Below are positions 9,600 through 19,225 of a DNA stretch of 64,000 bases, one piece after another. This DNA comes from an uncultured Acidimicrobiia bacterium. Lineage in GTDB: Bacteria; Acidobacteriota; Terriglobia; Versatilivoradales; Versatilivoraceae. Where the stretch lies: NCBI GenBank assembly GCA_963786955.1, contig CAWBAT010000005.1, forward strand, positions 864,001 to 928,000. The letters are read 5' to 3'. A model generated the notes under the pieces. That model made no database searches. It was not told the origin of the DNA and saw nothing but the letters and a program-made list of their open reading frames with translations. Both the position numbers and the translations under genes were made by a program. Position 1 is the first letter of the stretch. Every line of letters begins with the position of its first letter.

Positions 9600-10079
9600 A
9601 TGAGTTTTGGCAAGCAGATCCTAAGGCTACGAATTCAGTCAAAGAAAACCCAGCAGGAAATTTCCCAGTTGACAGGGTTGGCCGTTTCATATCTGTCTAG
9701 ATTAGAAAACAACCACGTGACTCCTTCCATTCGAACTCTCTCCAAGATCTCAAAAGCGTTGAGTGTGCCGACATCAGTCTTCTTCGATTCCGAACCGGTA
9801 CTGGAAGAAAGCGACCGCTGTCCTGTCAGTACCTCAGGACAGTGTATCCTCGATCAAATGTTGGTCGCTCGCGGACGAAAACCCAATGGACACGGGGAGG
9901 GTTATTCACCTCATCAGCTGGAAGTCCTTCGTCAATGCAATTTTTTGCTCCACGAAGGAGACCGAGAAATCGTCGCTTCTCTCTCTACGATGATTAAGTC
10001 TTTGCTCGCACTCTCGATCTCCAAGAGCCGGAAACATAAATCCCTCGGGGCAAAGTATTCGCCGACACAAGGAAGATAA
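9600..10079 (+). CDS. XRE-family HTH regulator with a Cys-containing C-terminal domain
   Basis: TQQEISQLTGLAVSYLSRLENNHVTPSI HTH; CPVSTSGQC; AGGAG RBS. Confidence 0.88.
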   Translation: MSFGKQILRLRIQSKKTQQEISQLTGLAVSYLSRLENNHVTPSIRTLSKISKALSVPTSVFFDSEPVLEESDRCPVSTSGQCILDQMLVARGRKPNGHGEGYSPHQLEVLRQCNFLLHEGDREIVASLSTMIKSLLALSISKSRKHKSLGAKYSPTQGR

Positions 10080-10460
10080 TGACAGAGGCGTATCATTGCT
10101 CAAGACGTAAGATGTCATCCTACGTTTTCCACCGCAAATACCTCGCACCCACCTTGACTCAGGGATTTGCAAAAATTGCGATTCTGCGATTTAGCTGCTG
10201 CGATTCTATCGCAGACCTCTTGTGATCCTCGATGGACCAGCTTAACGCGCCTATCAATCGAGACTGCCCGTTTGGTAATGCAGACGCGAGAAAAAGCGCA
10301 TCAACCGGCGTCTCAGAACTTTGCATCTCAACCTAAGAGTATCAATCTGGACTGGAGAATATTTCGCGACCGCTGCGTCAATTGAGCCAGTCCCTCCCTT
10401 CGGTATCTCGCACGATACATTAGTGTGACATTCAGAATTCAAACTGAAGGACTTAGCCAT

Positions 10461-10486
10461 GCATTCAGCGTGGCAATCTGAATGCT
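10461..10486 (+). promoter_or_regulatory. Inverted repeat overlapping a sigma54-like -24/-12 motif
   Basis: GCATTCAG-N9-CTGAATGC; contains TGGCAATCTGAATGCT (GG-N10-GC). Confidence 0.4.
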
Positions 10487-10597
10487 CATTAGGAATTCGA
10501 ATATTGGATTGAAGGGATTGGTGTGTTGAAGGACACGAAGAGATTGACCGGATCCTAGGGGGTCTTATGGTAGTGCCGGTCGTATACTAGAATTGGC

Positions 10598-10627
10598 GGC
10601 ATGAGTGGGCCAATATGCCCTTTTTTT
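10598..10627 (+). terminator. Possible weak terminator/attenuator hairpin in the operon leader
   Basis: GGCAT...ATGCC or GGGC...GCCC stem followed by T7. Confidence 0.35.
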
Positions 10628-10785
10628 ATGTCCACCTGTCGCGATCAAAGACGTCCACATCACCACCGATTGCTGGATTTCTTGATGGTTCTTCCACCGT
10701 ATAGGGGTCTGTCCAAATAACATTCTGGAACCTTTTCTCTTCGATCCTCAGCCTTCGGCCGAATTGCGTCAGGGGGCAATCTGCC

Positions 10786-12423
10786 ATGAAATCACAACTT
10801 TTGCTTGCCCTCGGTCTGGCATTCTGTGTCCTTTTGGCCGCAGGGACTTCCCAGCTTCCTGTCTATTTGGATGTCACCAAACAGGCCGGAATTGAATTTG
10901 ACCATTGCCTGGGCGCCAAGAAGATCAGCAACATTGTGGAGGCCACAGGGTCCGGCGCCGCATGGGTAGACTTTGACAAGGACGGGTGGCTGGACCTTTA
11001 TCTCGTCAACGGGTGTTACCTCGAAGGGGTCAGCGATCCGCGATCCCCATACAAAGGGAAAAAAATCACGGACCATTTGTACCGGAATAATGGGAATGGG
11101 ACCTTTTCCGATGTCACCGAGAAAGCCGGCCTCGGTGGCAAAGAGGATGGTTACGGGATGGCCGTTCAGGTCGGCGACTATGACAATGATGGATACCCGG
11201 ACTTGTATGTGACCAACTTTGGAGGCAATGTTCTCTATCACAACAATGGCAATGGTACTTTTACTGACGTGACCGAAAGAGCGGGAGTCGCTTGCAAGGG
11301 CCACTGGACCACGGGGGCAGCGTTCCTGGACTATGATAAGGACGGACTCTTGGACCTCTTTGTGGGAATCTATATCAAATTTGATGCCAGCTACCGACTC
11401 TACTATGAAGCCGACGTTTATCCCGGCCCGCTGGCGTATCCGGCGCAAAAGAGTTTTCTCTTCCACAACAATGGCAACGGAACTTTCACCGACGTCACCC
11501 AAAAAGCCAAAGTAGACAAGGAAGGCCGCGCAATGGGGGCTCTCACGGTTGACTACGATGACGATGGTTACCCCGATTTTTTTGTAGCCAACGACGCCAC
11601 CCCCAATCATCTCTTTCACAATGATCACGACGGAACATTTTCTGAAGTGGGCTTGCATGCAGCCGTCGCTTTCGGCCAAAACGGTAATGCGGCTGCTTCC
11701 ATGGGGGGAGACTGGGGCGATTTCGATCGGGATGGCCGGCTCGATCTGATCGTTCCAGCCATGAGTTACAACGCCCTCTACCGAAACCTGGGCAGGGGGC
11801 TCTTTGAAGATGTCGCCGTAGAAGCCGGGTTGGCCATCATCAGCGGCCAGTATTGGTCATGGGGAGGCAAATTCATTGATTACGACAATGACGGATACCT
11901 GGATGTCATGGTGGTCAATGGTGATGGGCACCGACTCACTGATACTCAGGAAGCCATTCTGGCGAGGAATGTAGCCGGCAGTGGCGGGAGTCGTGTCTTT
12001 CAAGATGTAGCCGCGGATTCAGGAGAATTCTTCCATCAAAAAATGGTCGCCCGAGGACTCGCGCTCGGTGACTATGACAATGATGGGGACATCGACGCCT
12101 TGATCTGTAATATCAACCAACCCGTGATTCTGCTTCGCAACGAGGGAGGGAACAGGAACAACTGGCTGCAGCTCAGCCTACAGGGTCGTAAAAGTAATCG
12201 CGATGCATTAGGTACCAAGGTGACCGTTAGAGCTGGAACCCTGCTGCAGTACGATGAAATGAAGAATGGCACGAGCTATCTTTCCGCCAACGACCCACGC
12301 ATGCACTTCGGCCTCGGGCAGGCCACGAAGGTAGACGAGGTAACCGTAAAATGGCCAAGTGGGGTGACCCAAAAATTCAAGGATGTGAAAATCAATCAAG
12401 TGCTCAAGTTCGTCGAACCCTAA
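10786..12423 (+). CDS. CRTAC1-like FG-GAP/VCBS repeat protein with ASPIC/UnbV domain, secreted
   Basis: Signal peptide; about 7 D[YF]DxDGxxD repeats; C-terminal SYLSANDPRMHFGLG...VKWPSG. Confidence 0.92.
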   Translation: MKSQLLLALGLAFCVLLAAGTSQLPVYLDVTKQAGIEFDHCLGAKKISNIVEATGSGAAWVDFDKDGWLDLYLVNGCYLEGVSDPRSPYKGKKITDHLYRNNGNGTFSDVTEKAGLGGKEDGYGMAVQVGDYDNDGYPDLYVTNFGGNVLYHNNGNGTFTDVTERAGVACKGHWTTGAAFLDYDKDGLLDLFVGIYIKFDASYRLYYEADVYPGPLAYPAQKSFLFHNNGNGTFTDVTQKAKVDKEGRAMGALTVDYDDDGYPDFFVANDATPNHLFHNDHDGTFSEVGLHAAVAFGQNGNAAASMGGDWGDFDRDGRLDLIVPAMSYNALYRNLGRGLFEDVAVEAGLAIISGQYWSWGGKFIDYDNDGYLDVMVVNGDGHRLTDTQEAILARNVAGSGGSRVFQDVAADSGEFFHQKMVARGLALGDYDNDGDIDALICNINQPVILLRNEGGNRNNWLQLSLQGRKSNRDALGTKVTVRAGTLLQYDEMKNGTSYLSANDPRMHFGLGQATKVDEVTVKWPSGVTQKFKDVKINQVLKFVEP

Positions 12424-13916
12424 AGATTGTGCTGTCGGTCGTTCTTGGGTCGGGCCTCTTGTTTTTTCAGGCGTTGCGTTCAGCGGTTTCTGAACCGCAA
12501 CGTTTCCCTTTGATCTTTACCCAGTTCGCTCATCGGACCGGAGTATCGACTCCTTCCAATCACCCCTTTCAAGGGCAGCTCTCACGCCCCGAGGGCAGTC
12601 GCTTGGTATTGATGTCATCCTCCGGCAAGCTCAAAGTTCTCACCCCTGAATTGGCGGCAGCCGCAGAAGCTTCGATTTCCTTCGACGGCAAGAAGGTGTT
12701 GTTTTCCGGGAAACGACTTGCTCAGGACAACTGGGACATCTGGGAAATGGAAGTGGATGGGCAGAACAAACATCAGATTACCCACCAGCTTAAAGACTGC
12801 GGAGAACCTCATTATCTGGCCATGAGCGCTCTCAATTATCCCGAATATGACGAAAAGGTCCGTTGGATCACATTTACCTCGACCGCCGCAGGGACCTACG
12901 AAGAATGGGGACCCGCCCTGGCTACGTCCCTCTATGTGCAGAATCTTGATCCCATCATGGGGCGCGGGGTTGTCACTTGGCGAATTACTTTCAATCTGTC
13001 GAGCGATTTTTCTCCCACTGTTCTCCATGATGGGCGAACCCTCTTTACCAGCCATCAGATGGGGGACCGCAAACAAAATTCAGTGGGTCGCTTTCTGTTG
13101 CTGGCTTCCAATTGGGACGGCACCGGATTGAACCTGTTTTGCGGGGATGAGCAGGGTCATCGCATGAAGACCATGGCGTGCGAGATGCCCGACCGGACAT
13201 TGGTTTTCGTGGATTCCGATGGGAATACACCGGATGGCAGCGGGGAGTTAGCTCGCGTCTCATTTCGTCGCCCTTTGCACAGCTATGAGCCACTCAGCAA
13301 AGGAGAGGGGCGCTATCGTAATCCCCAAAGTCTGCCCGACGGTTCTCTGCTTGTTTCCTACGCCACGGGAGAAAATGCCTACGGGCTCTACTTTTTCGAT
13401 TTCGACAAGAAGTGCCCGGGCCGGAAAATTTTTGGTGATTCGAAGTGGGAAGCTGTCCAAGCAGTTCCTGTGTTGCCCACCGTTGAGCCGACAGGCTTGA
13501 TCAGTGCTGTTTATGACGAGCAGACTGCCGGAGACCTGCAGTGCCTGAACGTTTATGATTCTGACCGACCCGAGGCGTCTGACATCCGAAAAGGGGAGGT
13601 GAAACAAGTCCGCTTGGTCCAAGGGATTCCATCCCTGACAGCTTCCTCATCCCCGGAAACGCGTATCCTGGGGGAAGCCCCGGTGGAATCGGATGGTTCT
13701 TTTTTTGTGCGGGTTCCGGCTGACATCCCGTTTTACATCCAAACCCTAAACGCCCAAGGGCAGCCACTACAGACGATGCACCGATGGATATGGGTCCGCA
13801 AGGGGACGAGCCGAAGCTGCATCGGCTGCCATGAGGATAAGGAACTGGCTCCCGAAAACAGGATCACCGAGGCACTTCTCAAGGCGAAGCCCCATCCGGT
13901 GGGGTTAAAGCGTTGA
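12351..13916 (+). CDS. Hydrazine-synthase-alpha-like protein (TolB/PD40 propeller, middle domain, one CxxCH)
   Basis: SFDGKKVLFS..WDIWEM, RITFNLSSDFSPTVLHDGR, LGEAPVESDGSFFVRVPADIPFYIQTL, SCIGCHE (13818-13832); the true start may be GTG 12429. Confidence 0.78.
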   Translation: MAKWGDPKIQGCENQSSAQVRRTLKIVLSVVLGSGLLFFQALRSAVSEPQRFPLIFTQFAHRTGVSTPSNHPFQGQLSRPEGSRLVLMSSSGKLKVLTPELAAAAEASISFDGKKVLFSGKRLAQDNWDIWEMEVDGQNKHQITHQLKDCGEPHYLAMSALNYPEYDEKVRWITFTSTAAGTYEEWGPALATSLYVQNLDPIMGRGVVTWRITFNLSSDFSPTVLHDGRTLFTSHQMGDRKQNSVGRFLLLASNWDGTGLNLFCGDEQGHRMKTMACEMPDRTLVFVDSDGNTPDGSGELARVSFRRPLHSYEPLSKGEGRYRNPQSLPDGSLLVSYATGENAYGLYFFDFDKKCPGRKIFGDSKWEAVQAVPVLPTVEPTGLISAVYDEQTAGDLQCLNVYDSDRPEASDIRKGEVKQVRLVQGIPSLTASSSPETRILGEAPVESDGSFFVRVPADIPFYIQTLNAQGQPLQTMHRWIWVRKGTSRSCIGCHEDKELAPENRITEALLKAKPHPVGLKR

Positions 13917-13992
13917 GTTGGAGGATTTGGAGAGCAATGTTGCTGCTTGTCAAGAGAGAACAGATTTTCAGTAAGGGTGGAGGAGTAATTCA

Positions 13993-16548
13993 TTGGCAGC
14001 TCACAAAATGCAGAACCTGGCCGTGATTGCAGGCATCCTCGTTCTGCTCACTTCACTCAGCTTGTCCATGAACTCTGGGCAGTGCGCCTTGGATGGCGGC
14101 AAGCGCAGCCTGTACGCCGTGCCTGAAGATGATCAATATAAATCGCCGATTCAATTGGCCATAAGTAAAGATGGGCAGCGTCTTTTTGTCGCTTGCGAAA
14201 ACAGTAACGAAGTCCTTGTGATCGATATCCGGCAGAACCGGGTTATTCAAAACATCAAGGTGGGGAAACACCCCTTCGGCGTGACGCTCGATCCTGACGA
14301 GAAGAAACTCTATGTCAGCAACCGATGGGATAATTCCTTGACCGTGATTAGCCTGACTTTGCTCGTTGCGGAAAAGACAGTTCCCATCGGGAATGACCCT
14401 CATCAAATGCGGACCGATGCCTCCGGGAAAGTCCTATACGTCAGTAATCTGACCACTCGTGATATCTCGGTGGTGGACACAGCCACGATGCAGGAGACTA
14501 AACGACTGGATGCAGGAGTCTCGCCCTTCGGTATCAGCTTGTCTCCTGACGGAAAATTTCTCTATGCCACCAATCAGTTGTCGAGCCCCGTACCTTTCCG
14601 TAGCGCTCCAGTAACGGAGCTGACGATCGTGGATACAGCCAGCCAGCTCGTAACGGGACGACTGCGGCTGGTATCCACCGTCATTGCCCAGGATGTGGCA
14701 GTCACTCCAGACAGCCAGTTTGCCGTGATCGCCGTCGAAATGCCCAAGAATCTGCTGCCTGAGACTCAGATTTATCAGGGCTGGATGGTCACCCATGGTT
14801 TCGCAATAGCGGAAGCGGGGCCCCGTGGCCGGCTGGCCTACTTCCTGCTTGACGAACCGAATCTTTATTATGCTGATGCTTACGGAGTGGCCATCTCGCC
14901 GGATGGACATCGTCTTTACATCTCATCGAGCGGCGTGGATGTGATTTCCGTCGTCAATCTGGACAAAATTTATGAGCTGCTCAAAGTCAAAGACGGCAAG
15001 ATTGGAATCCCCGATGAAACCATTAAGCTGTATGCCCGGCATCTGGCGCTAAGTTCCGAGTATGTTCAAGCAAGGATTCCAACTGGCAGTAATCCCAAGG
15101 ATATCATCCTCTCCCCGGATGGGAGCCGTCTCTACGTAGCCAACCGTCTATCCGACACTATCCTCATTGTGGACACCAAGTCGAATAAGCCGGCCGGGAC
15201 CATTGAACTGGGTGGCCCTCGTCTGGAGACCGAGCTTCGCAAGGGAGAGAAGCTTTTCAATTACAGCAGCATCAGCTTTCAGAAACAGTTGAGCTGCAAC
15301 ACGTGCCACCCCGAGTATCATCTGGACGGGTTGACCTATGACATTGTCGCGCCAAGCGATCCCATCGGGCAAAACCTGGTCGACAACCGGACGATGCGCG
15401 GTATCGCCTACACCGGCCCCTTTAAGTGGAATGGGAAAAACCCCTCTTTAGCGCGGCAAGATGGGCCTCGCGCAGCTCAATTGTTCTTCAGGTCGCATGG
15501 CTTCGATCCCACTCAGTTGCAGCAAATCGTCAAGTTTGTCGAATCGCTGGGTATCCATCCCAGCCGCTTTCTAGCAGCCGCCGGCACCTTTACCGATCAA
15601 CAGGACGAAGGAAGGATTCTATTTGAGAGGGCGTTTGTCAGATCAGGCCCTCTGGCGGGACGGTATATTCCAGTCGGCAATCGTTGTATCAGTTGCCACC
15701 AGCCTCCCTTCTATACAGACCATGATGTGCACAACGTCGGGACCCAATCCTATACCGATGCCGAGGATGTAGTTGACACTCCGCAGCTCAGCAATGTGTA
15801 TGAAAACGCTCCATTCCTGCATGATGGACGTTGTTACAGTCTGGAAGAAATCTGGACCGTCCACAACCCGGATGACATGCATGGAGCCACCAATGGTTCC
15901 ATGGACAAGCGTGAGTTAAATTCTCTGATTGAATTCTTGAAAACCTTGTCGGCCCGTGAGCCTATGCCCGACAAGGAATTCCTGGAAACCACTTTCCCGA
16001 AGGGGACAGAGAAATCGAATCCATTTTATGTGGAGGGTCTGGTCAATCCGGTCAAACCTGATCTGCGATACCTGGGCAACAAAGCCTGTGCCGAATGCCA
16101 TGTGAAGGAGTACAAGGCCTGGCTTGGCAGTGGACATGCCCGGACCTGGGTCATGCTTGGCTCACGAAATGCCACATTGGTTGGCCAGCAACTGGGTATC
16201 AAGAACTCAAACCTTCAATACAACGTCAAGTGTCTGATGTGCCATGGAACAGCTGCCGATGTCGTCACAGATTCCCGGGCCGCTAATTTCCACATCGAGG
16301 AAGGGGTGAAATGCGAGTCTTGCCACGGCCCCGGCGAAGAGCACACATTGTTTATGAAGCAGAATCCCAAGGGGCCCATGGGAAAATTGAAAATGCCAAC
16401 CCCTGAAGATTGCCTAGTCTGTCATAGGCCGAAGCCTTCCCATGCCCAGCTGAAAAAGGACCCCTTCGATCTCGACACTGACATGAAGAAGATCTCGCAT
16501 TGGAAAGAAAAAATAGCGCCGCGATCTGCTCATGGATCGGGCATGTAG
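13993..16548 (+). CDS. YVTN/YncE beta-propeller + di-heme CcP/MauG-like + tetraheme c554-like fusion (6 CxxCH)
   Basis: Signal peptide; SPDGxxLYV repeats; CNTCH 15295, CISCH 15685 (DTPQL..PFLHDGR), CAECH 16087, CLMCH 16231, CESCHGPG 16312, CLVCH 16411. Confidence 0.88.
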   Translation: MAAHKMQNLAVIAGILVLLTSLSLSMNSGQCALDGGKRSLYAVPEDDQYKSPIQLAISKDGQRLFVACENSNEVLVIDIRQNRVIQNIKVGKHPFGVTLDPDEKKLYVSNRWDNSLTVISLTLLVAEKTVPIGNDPHQMRTDASGKVLYVSNLTTRDISVVDTATMQETKRLDAGVSPFGISLSPDGKFLYATNQLSSPVPFRSAPVTELTIVDTASQLVTGRLRLVSTVIAQDVAVTPDSQFAVIAVEMPKNLLPETQIYQGWMVTHGFAIAEAGPRGRLAYFLLDEPNLYYADAYGVAISPDGHRLYISSSGVDVISVVNLDKIYELLKVKDGKIGIPDETIKLYARHLALSSEYVQARIPTGSNPKDIILSPDGSRLYVANRLSDTILIVDTKSNKPAGTIELGGPRLETELRKGEKLFNYSSISFQKQLSCNTCHPEYHLDGLTYDIVAPSDPIGQNLVDNRTMRGIAYTGPFKWNGKNPSLARQDGPRAAQLFFRSHGFDPTQLQQIVKFVESLGIHPSRFLAAAGTFTDQQDEGRILFERAFVRSGPLAGRYIPVGNRCISCHQPPFYTDHDVHNVGTQSYTDAEDVVDTPQLSNVYENAPFLHDGRCYSLEEIWTVHNPDDMHGATNGSMDKRELNSLIEFLKTLSAREPMPDKEFLETTFPKGTEKSNPFYVEGLVNPVKPDLRYLGNKACAECHVKEYKAWLGSGHARTWVMLGSRNATLVGQQLGIKNSNLQYNVKCLMCHGTAADVVTDSRAANFHIEEGVKCESCHGPGEEHTLFMKQNPKGPMGKLKMPTPEDCLVCHRPKPSHAQLKKDPFDLDTDMKKISHWKEKIAPRSAHGSGM

Positions 16549-16652
16549 TCCTTATGCTTCTCATGAGTCTCTATCCTCGGGAGAAGAGGGGACGGTTTTT
16601 ACATCACCGGAAGTAGTTTCTAAATTCTTATTGTTTTCGCTTGGAGGCAATA

Positions 16653-17840
16653 ATGAAAAGCAGGACACGAGTCATATTAATTTCCTTGTTTTGGCTGATC
16701 TCTTCTTTTGGCATTTTGGGGATGCCACCGTCCAATACGGCTGAGCAAGCCCCCGCTAGAGCTGAAAAGGAAGAATGGCCTCGGGTCTACACAGAGTGGC
16801 AATCTTTCCACAGCGAGGATGGTCTTCCTTCCAACAAAGTTTATGCTGTCGCCGTGGATGGTGATCGCGTCTGGTTTGGAACTGATAACGGTTTGGCTTT
16901 GTATGAACAGGGAAAATGGACCACATTTGGCGTTGAGGATGGTTTGGCCTATCCCGCCGTTCTCTGCCTGGCGGTCGATCCGGTTACTCGCGACCTGTGG
17001 GCCGGGACGATGAAAGGATTGTCGCATTTCTCCGCAGGTAAATTCGAAAGCTTCACCCAATTCAACAGCGGACTCCCCAACGATGTGGTGTTTGGGGTTT
17101 GCGTGGAAAACCAGAACGTCTGGATCGCTACGACGGCCGGCACCGCTCGCTTTCATACGCACGAGAAGACCTGGGATGTTTATACACCCGCCAATTCCCC
17201 GCAACATGAGCCCTGGGGCTATTTCGTCACTTACGCAGACGGAAAGGTTTATGCCGCTCTTTGGGGTGGCGGAGTATTGGAATTCGATATCGCAACCCAG
17301 GGATGGAAGGCCTGGCGGGATCCGGACGGCGAGATGGAAGTGGATGTATTTCGAGATGATGGACTCATCCACGTGATTACGACTAGCGTCAGCTACGTGG
17401 AGAAGATTCTCTGGGTGTCTACTTATTTTGGCATGAGCCGCTATGACGGCCGTCATTGGCGGGGATATATTGAAGGTGATTCAGGATTGCCCAGCAATTT
17501 CATCAATATGGTCAAAGCCCGAAATAATGTCGCCTGGGTTTGCACGGATCGTGGCTTGGGCACCGTCAATGGCGATACGAACCGCTGGGTGAGCTACGCC
17601 CCTGTTGATCCGCTCTGGGCAAAGCAAAAAAGTCCCGCAGGGGTTCAAGACCCGATCGAGGGAAACCAAGGTTGGGAAGCAAAGATCTTTAATGACAGCA
17701 AGCTCATTAAAACGGTGAAACTGGAACACGGACTTGCCAACAATCACATCTATGGCGTCGATTTTCAGGGAGAGGATATCTGGGTAGCGACCTCCAAGGG
17801 AGTAAGTCATGCCACTTGGAGAGAAGGAGGTGCTCAGTGA
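16653..17840 (+). CDS. Secreted beta-propeller (two-component-regulator propeller/ligand-binding repeats)
   Basis: GLPSNKV/GLPNDVV/GLPSNFI/GLANNHI...VWxxTxxG repeats; signal peptide; GGAGG RBS before ATG 16653. Confidence 0.82.
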   Translation: MKSRTRVILISLFWLISSFGILGMPPSNTAEQAPARAEKEEWPRVYTEWQSFHSEDGLPSNKVYAVAVDGDRVWFGTDNGLALYEQGKWTTFGVEDGLAYPAVLCLAVDPVTRDLWAGTMKGLSHFSAGKFESFTQFNSGLPNDVVFGVCVENQNVWIATTAGTARFHTHEKTWDVYTPANSPQHEPWGYFVTYADGKVYAALWGGGVLEFDIATQGWKAWRDPDGEMEVDVFRDDGLIHVITTSVSYVEKILWVSTYFGMSRYDGRHWRGYIEGDSGLPSNFINMVKARNNVAWVCTDRGLGTVNGDTNRWVSYAPVDPLWAKQKSPAGVQDPIEGNQGWEAKIFNDSKLIKTVKLEHGLANNHIYGVDFQGEDIWVATSKGVSHATWREGGAQ

Positions 17841-19223
17841 AATCGAAGATCTTGTTCAGCTGGTTCGGTATTGATGGCAGTCATGATTATTGCAGGCCTC
17901 ATTCCGGTTGCCGAAGAAAAAAAATTGCCTTCAAGCGATACTGGAACTGCCGGGAACGCGGCAACCGCTTCCTCCTCGGCCGAACAGTCCCCGGAGCCCA
18001 AGAAAAAGGAACTCTATGGCAACATGCCGGAAGATCTTGAGCCATTTGGCAAATTTGTGAAAGAGCCCTACAAGAAATATTTCGTGCCCAGTGATGCAGC
18101 GATCACTTTTTGGGGACCCGGGCGCGAAAAATCCGAACCTGAAGTGGATACTGTAAAGATTGGGTTGCTGGCCCCGGTAGAGCGTAGCCACGAAACTTAT
18201 ATGGGCCGCTCGATATTGAACGGAATGACCCTTGCGCTTGAAGAAGCCAACGCCGCAGGAGGATATAAAGGAAAGCCATTTGAGGCCGTGGTGAAAAACG
18301 ACTCCGGTTTGTGGGGGGCCTCCGCCAATGAAATCATCAACTTTACTTACGAAGAAAAAGTCTGGGCTGTCATTGGTACTGTGGATGGGGCCAACAGCCA
18401 CATTGCCATTCGTGTGGCTCTGCGCACCGATATCCCGATGATGAACGTGGCTGACCTTGACCCGACCTTGATGGAAACGCGCATCCCCTGGGTTTTTCGC
18501 AATGTCCAGGACGACCGGCAAATGGCCTACACGATTGCCTATTACGTCTACAAACAGTTGGGGTTTAACAAAGTGGCCATTCTGCGCGCCAATAATCGCT
18601 ACGGCCGTTTTGGTGTGGCCCAATTTCGAAAAGCCTCCATCCGGCTGAGCAAACCTGCCCCGATCGAAGTCAATTATGAGATCAACTACGATCAGGTCAA
18701 CCTGGATTTCATCACTCAGATGAGTCGTCTCAAAGAAGCAAATCCGGACGGAATTATCCTCTGGGCGGACCCTGTACCGGCAGGCCTACTCGTAAAGAAG
18801 ATTCGGGAAATGGGAATGAGCATTCCCGTCGTTGCCTGCGAACGGATCCTCAACCCTGCTTTCATCAGGGAAGCCGGGCCAGCCGCCGAAGGGGTGGTGG
18901 CTACGTCGCCATTCAATTCTGAGTCCGGAGAGTCCGAAGTTCGTCGAATTCAAGAAGAAGTACAAGGCACACTTCGCAGCGACCCTGATATGTATGCGGC
19001 TTATTCTTATGATGGAACTAACATGGTCATTGCTGCCATCCATAAAGCCGGCTTGAATCGATATCGCATCCGTGACGAAATGACGTTGCAGCAAGATTGG
19101 GAAGGAGTCACTGGAATCTGCCATTATGACGATGTGTTCACGAATCGTTCACCCGTCACCGTGGCCACCGTAAAAAATGGCAAATGGGTCTATGGCATCC
19201 CCAAATTGGAGCATGTCTTTTGA
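17837..19223 (+). CDS. Type I periplasmic solute-binding protein (LivJ/Peripla_BP_6-like); apparent indels
   Basis: VKIGLLAP, LALEEANAAGG, WAVIG, AAYSYDG. GTG 17837 after AGGAGG is out of frame by one base near 17865; a compensating indel pair lies at about 18925-18980. Confidence 0.82.
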
Positions 19224-19225
19224 TC

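Noticed and set aside
10500-10630. c-di-GMP-I (GEMM) riboswitch
   Set aside because: Lacks the GGCAAA/GNRA P2 and GCAAAG core; kept only as an unknown structured leader
10792-11679. Long antisense ORFs (also 16677-17456, 17931-18623, 1243-1917, 58985-59638)
   Set aside because: Codon-bias shadows of well-supported genes on the opposite strand
12351-16548. Calling these bona fide hzsA/hzsBC (anammox metabolism)
   Set aside because: Alpha lacks the second heme domain and the Tyr ligand; no anammox context; the housekeeping genes look acidobacterial
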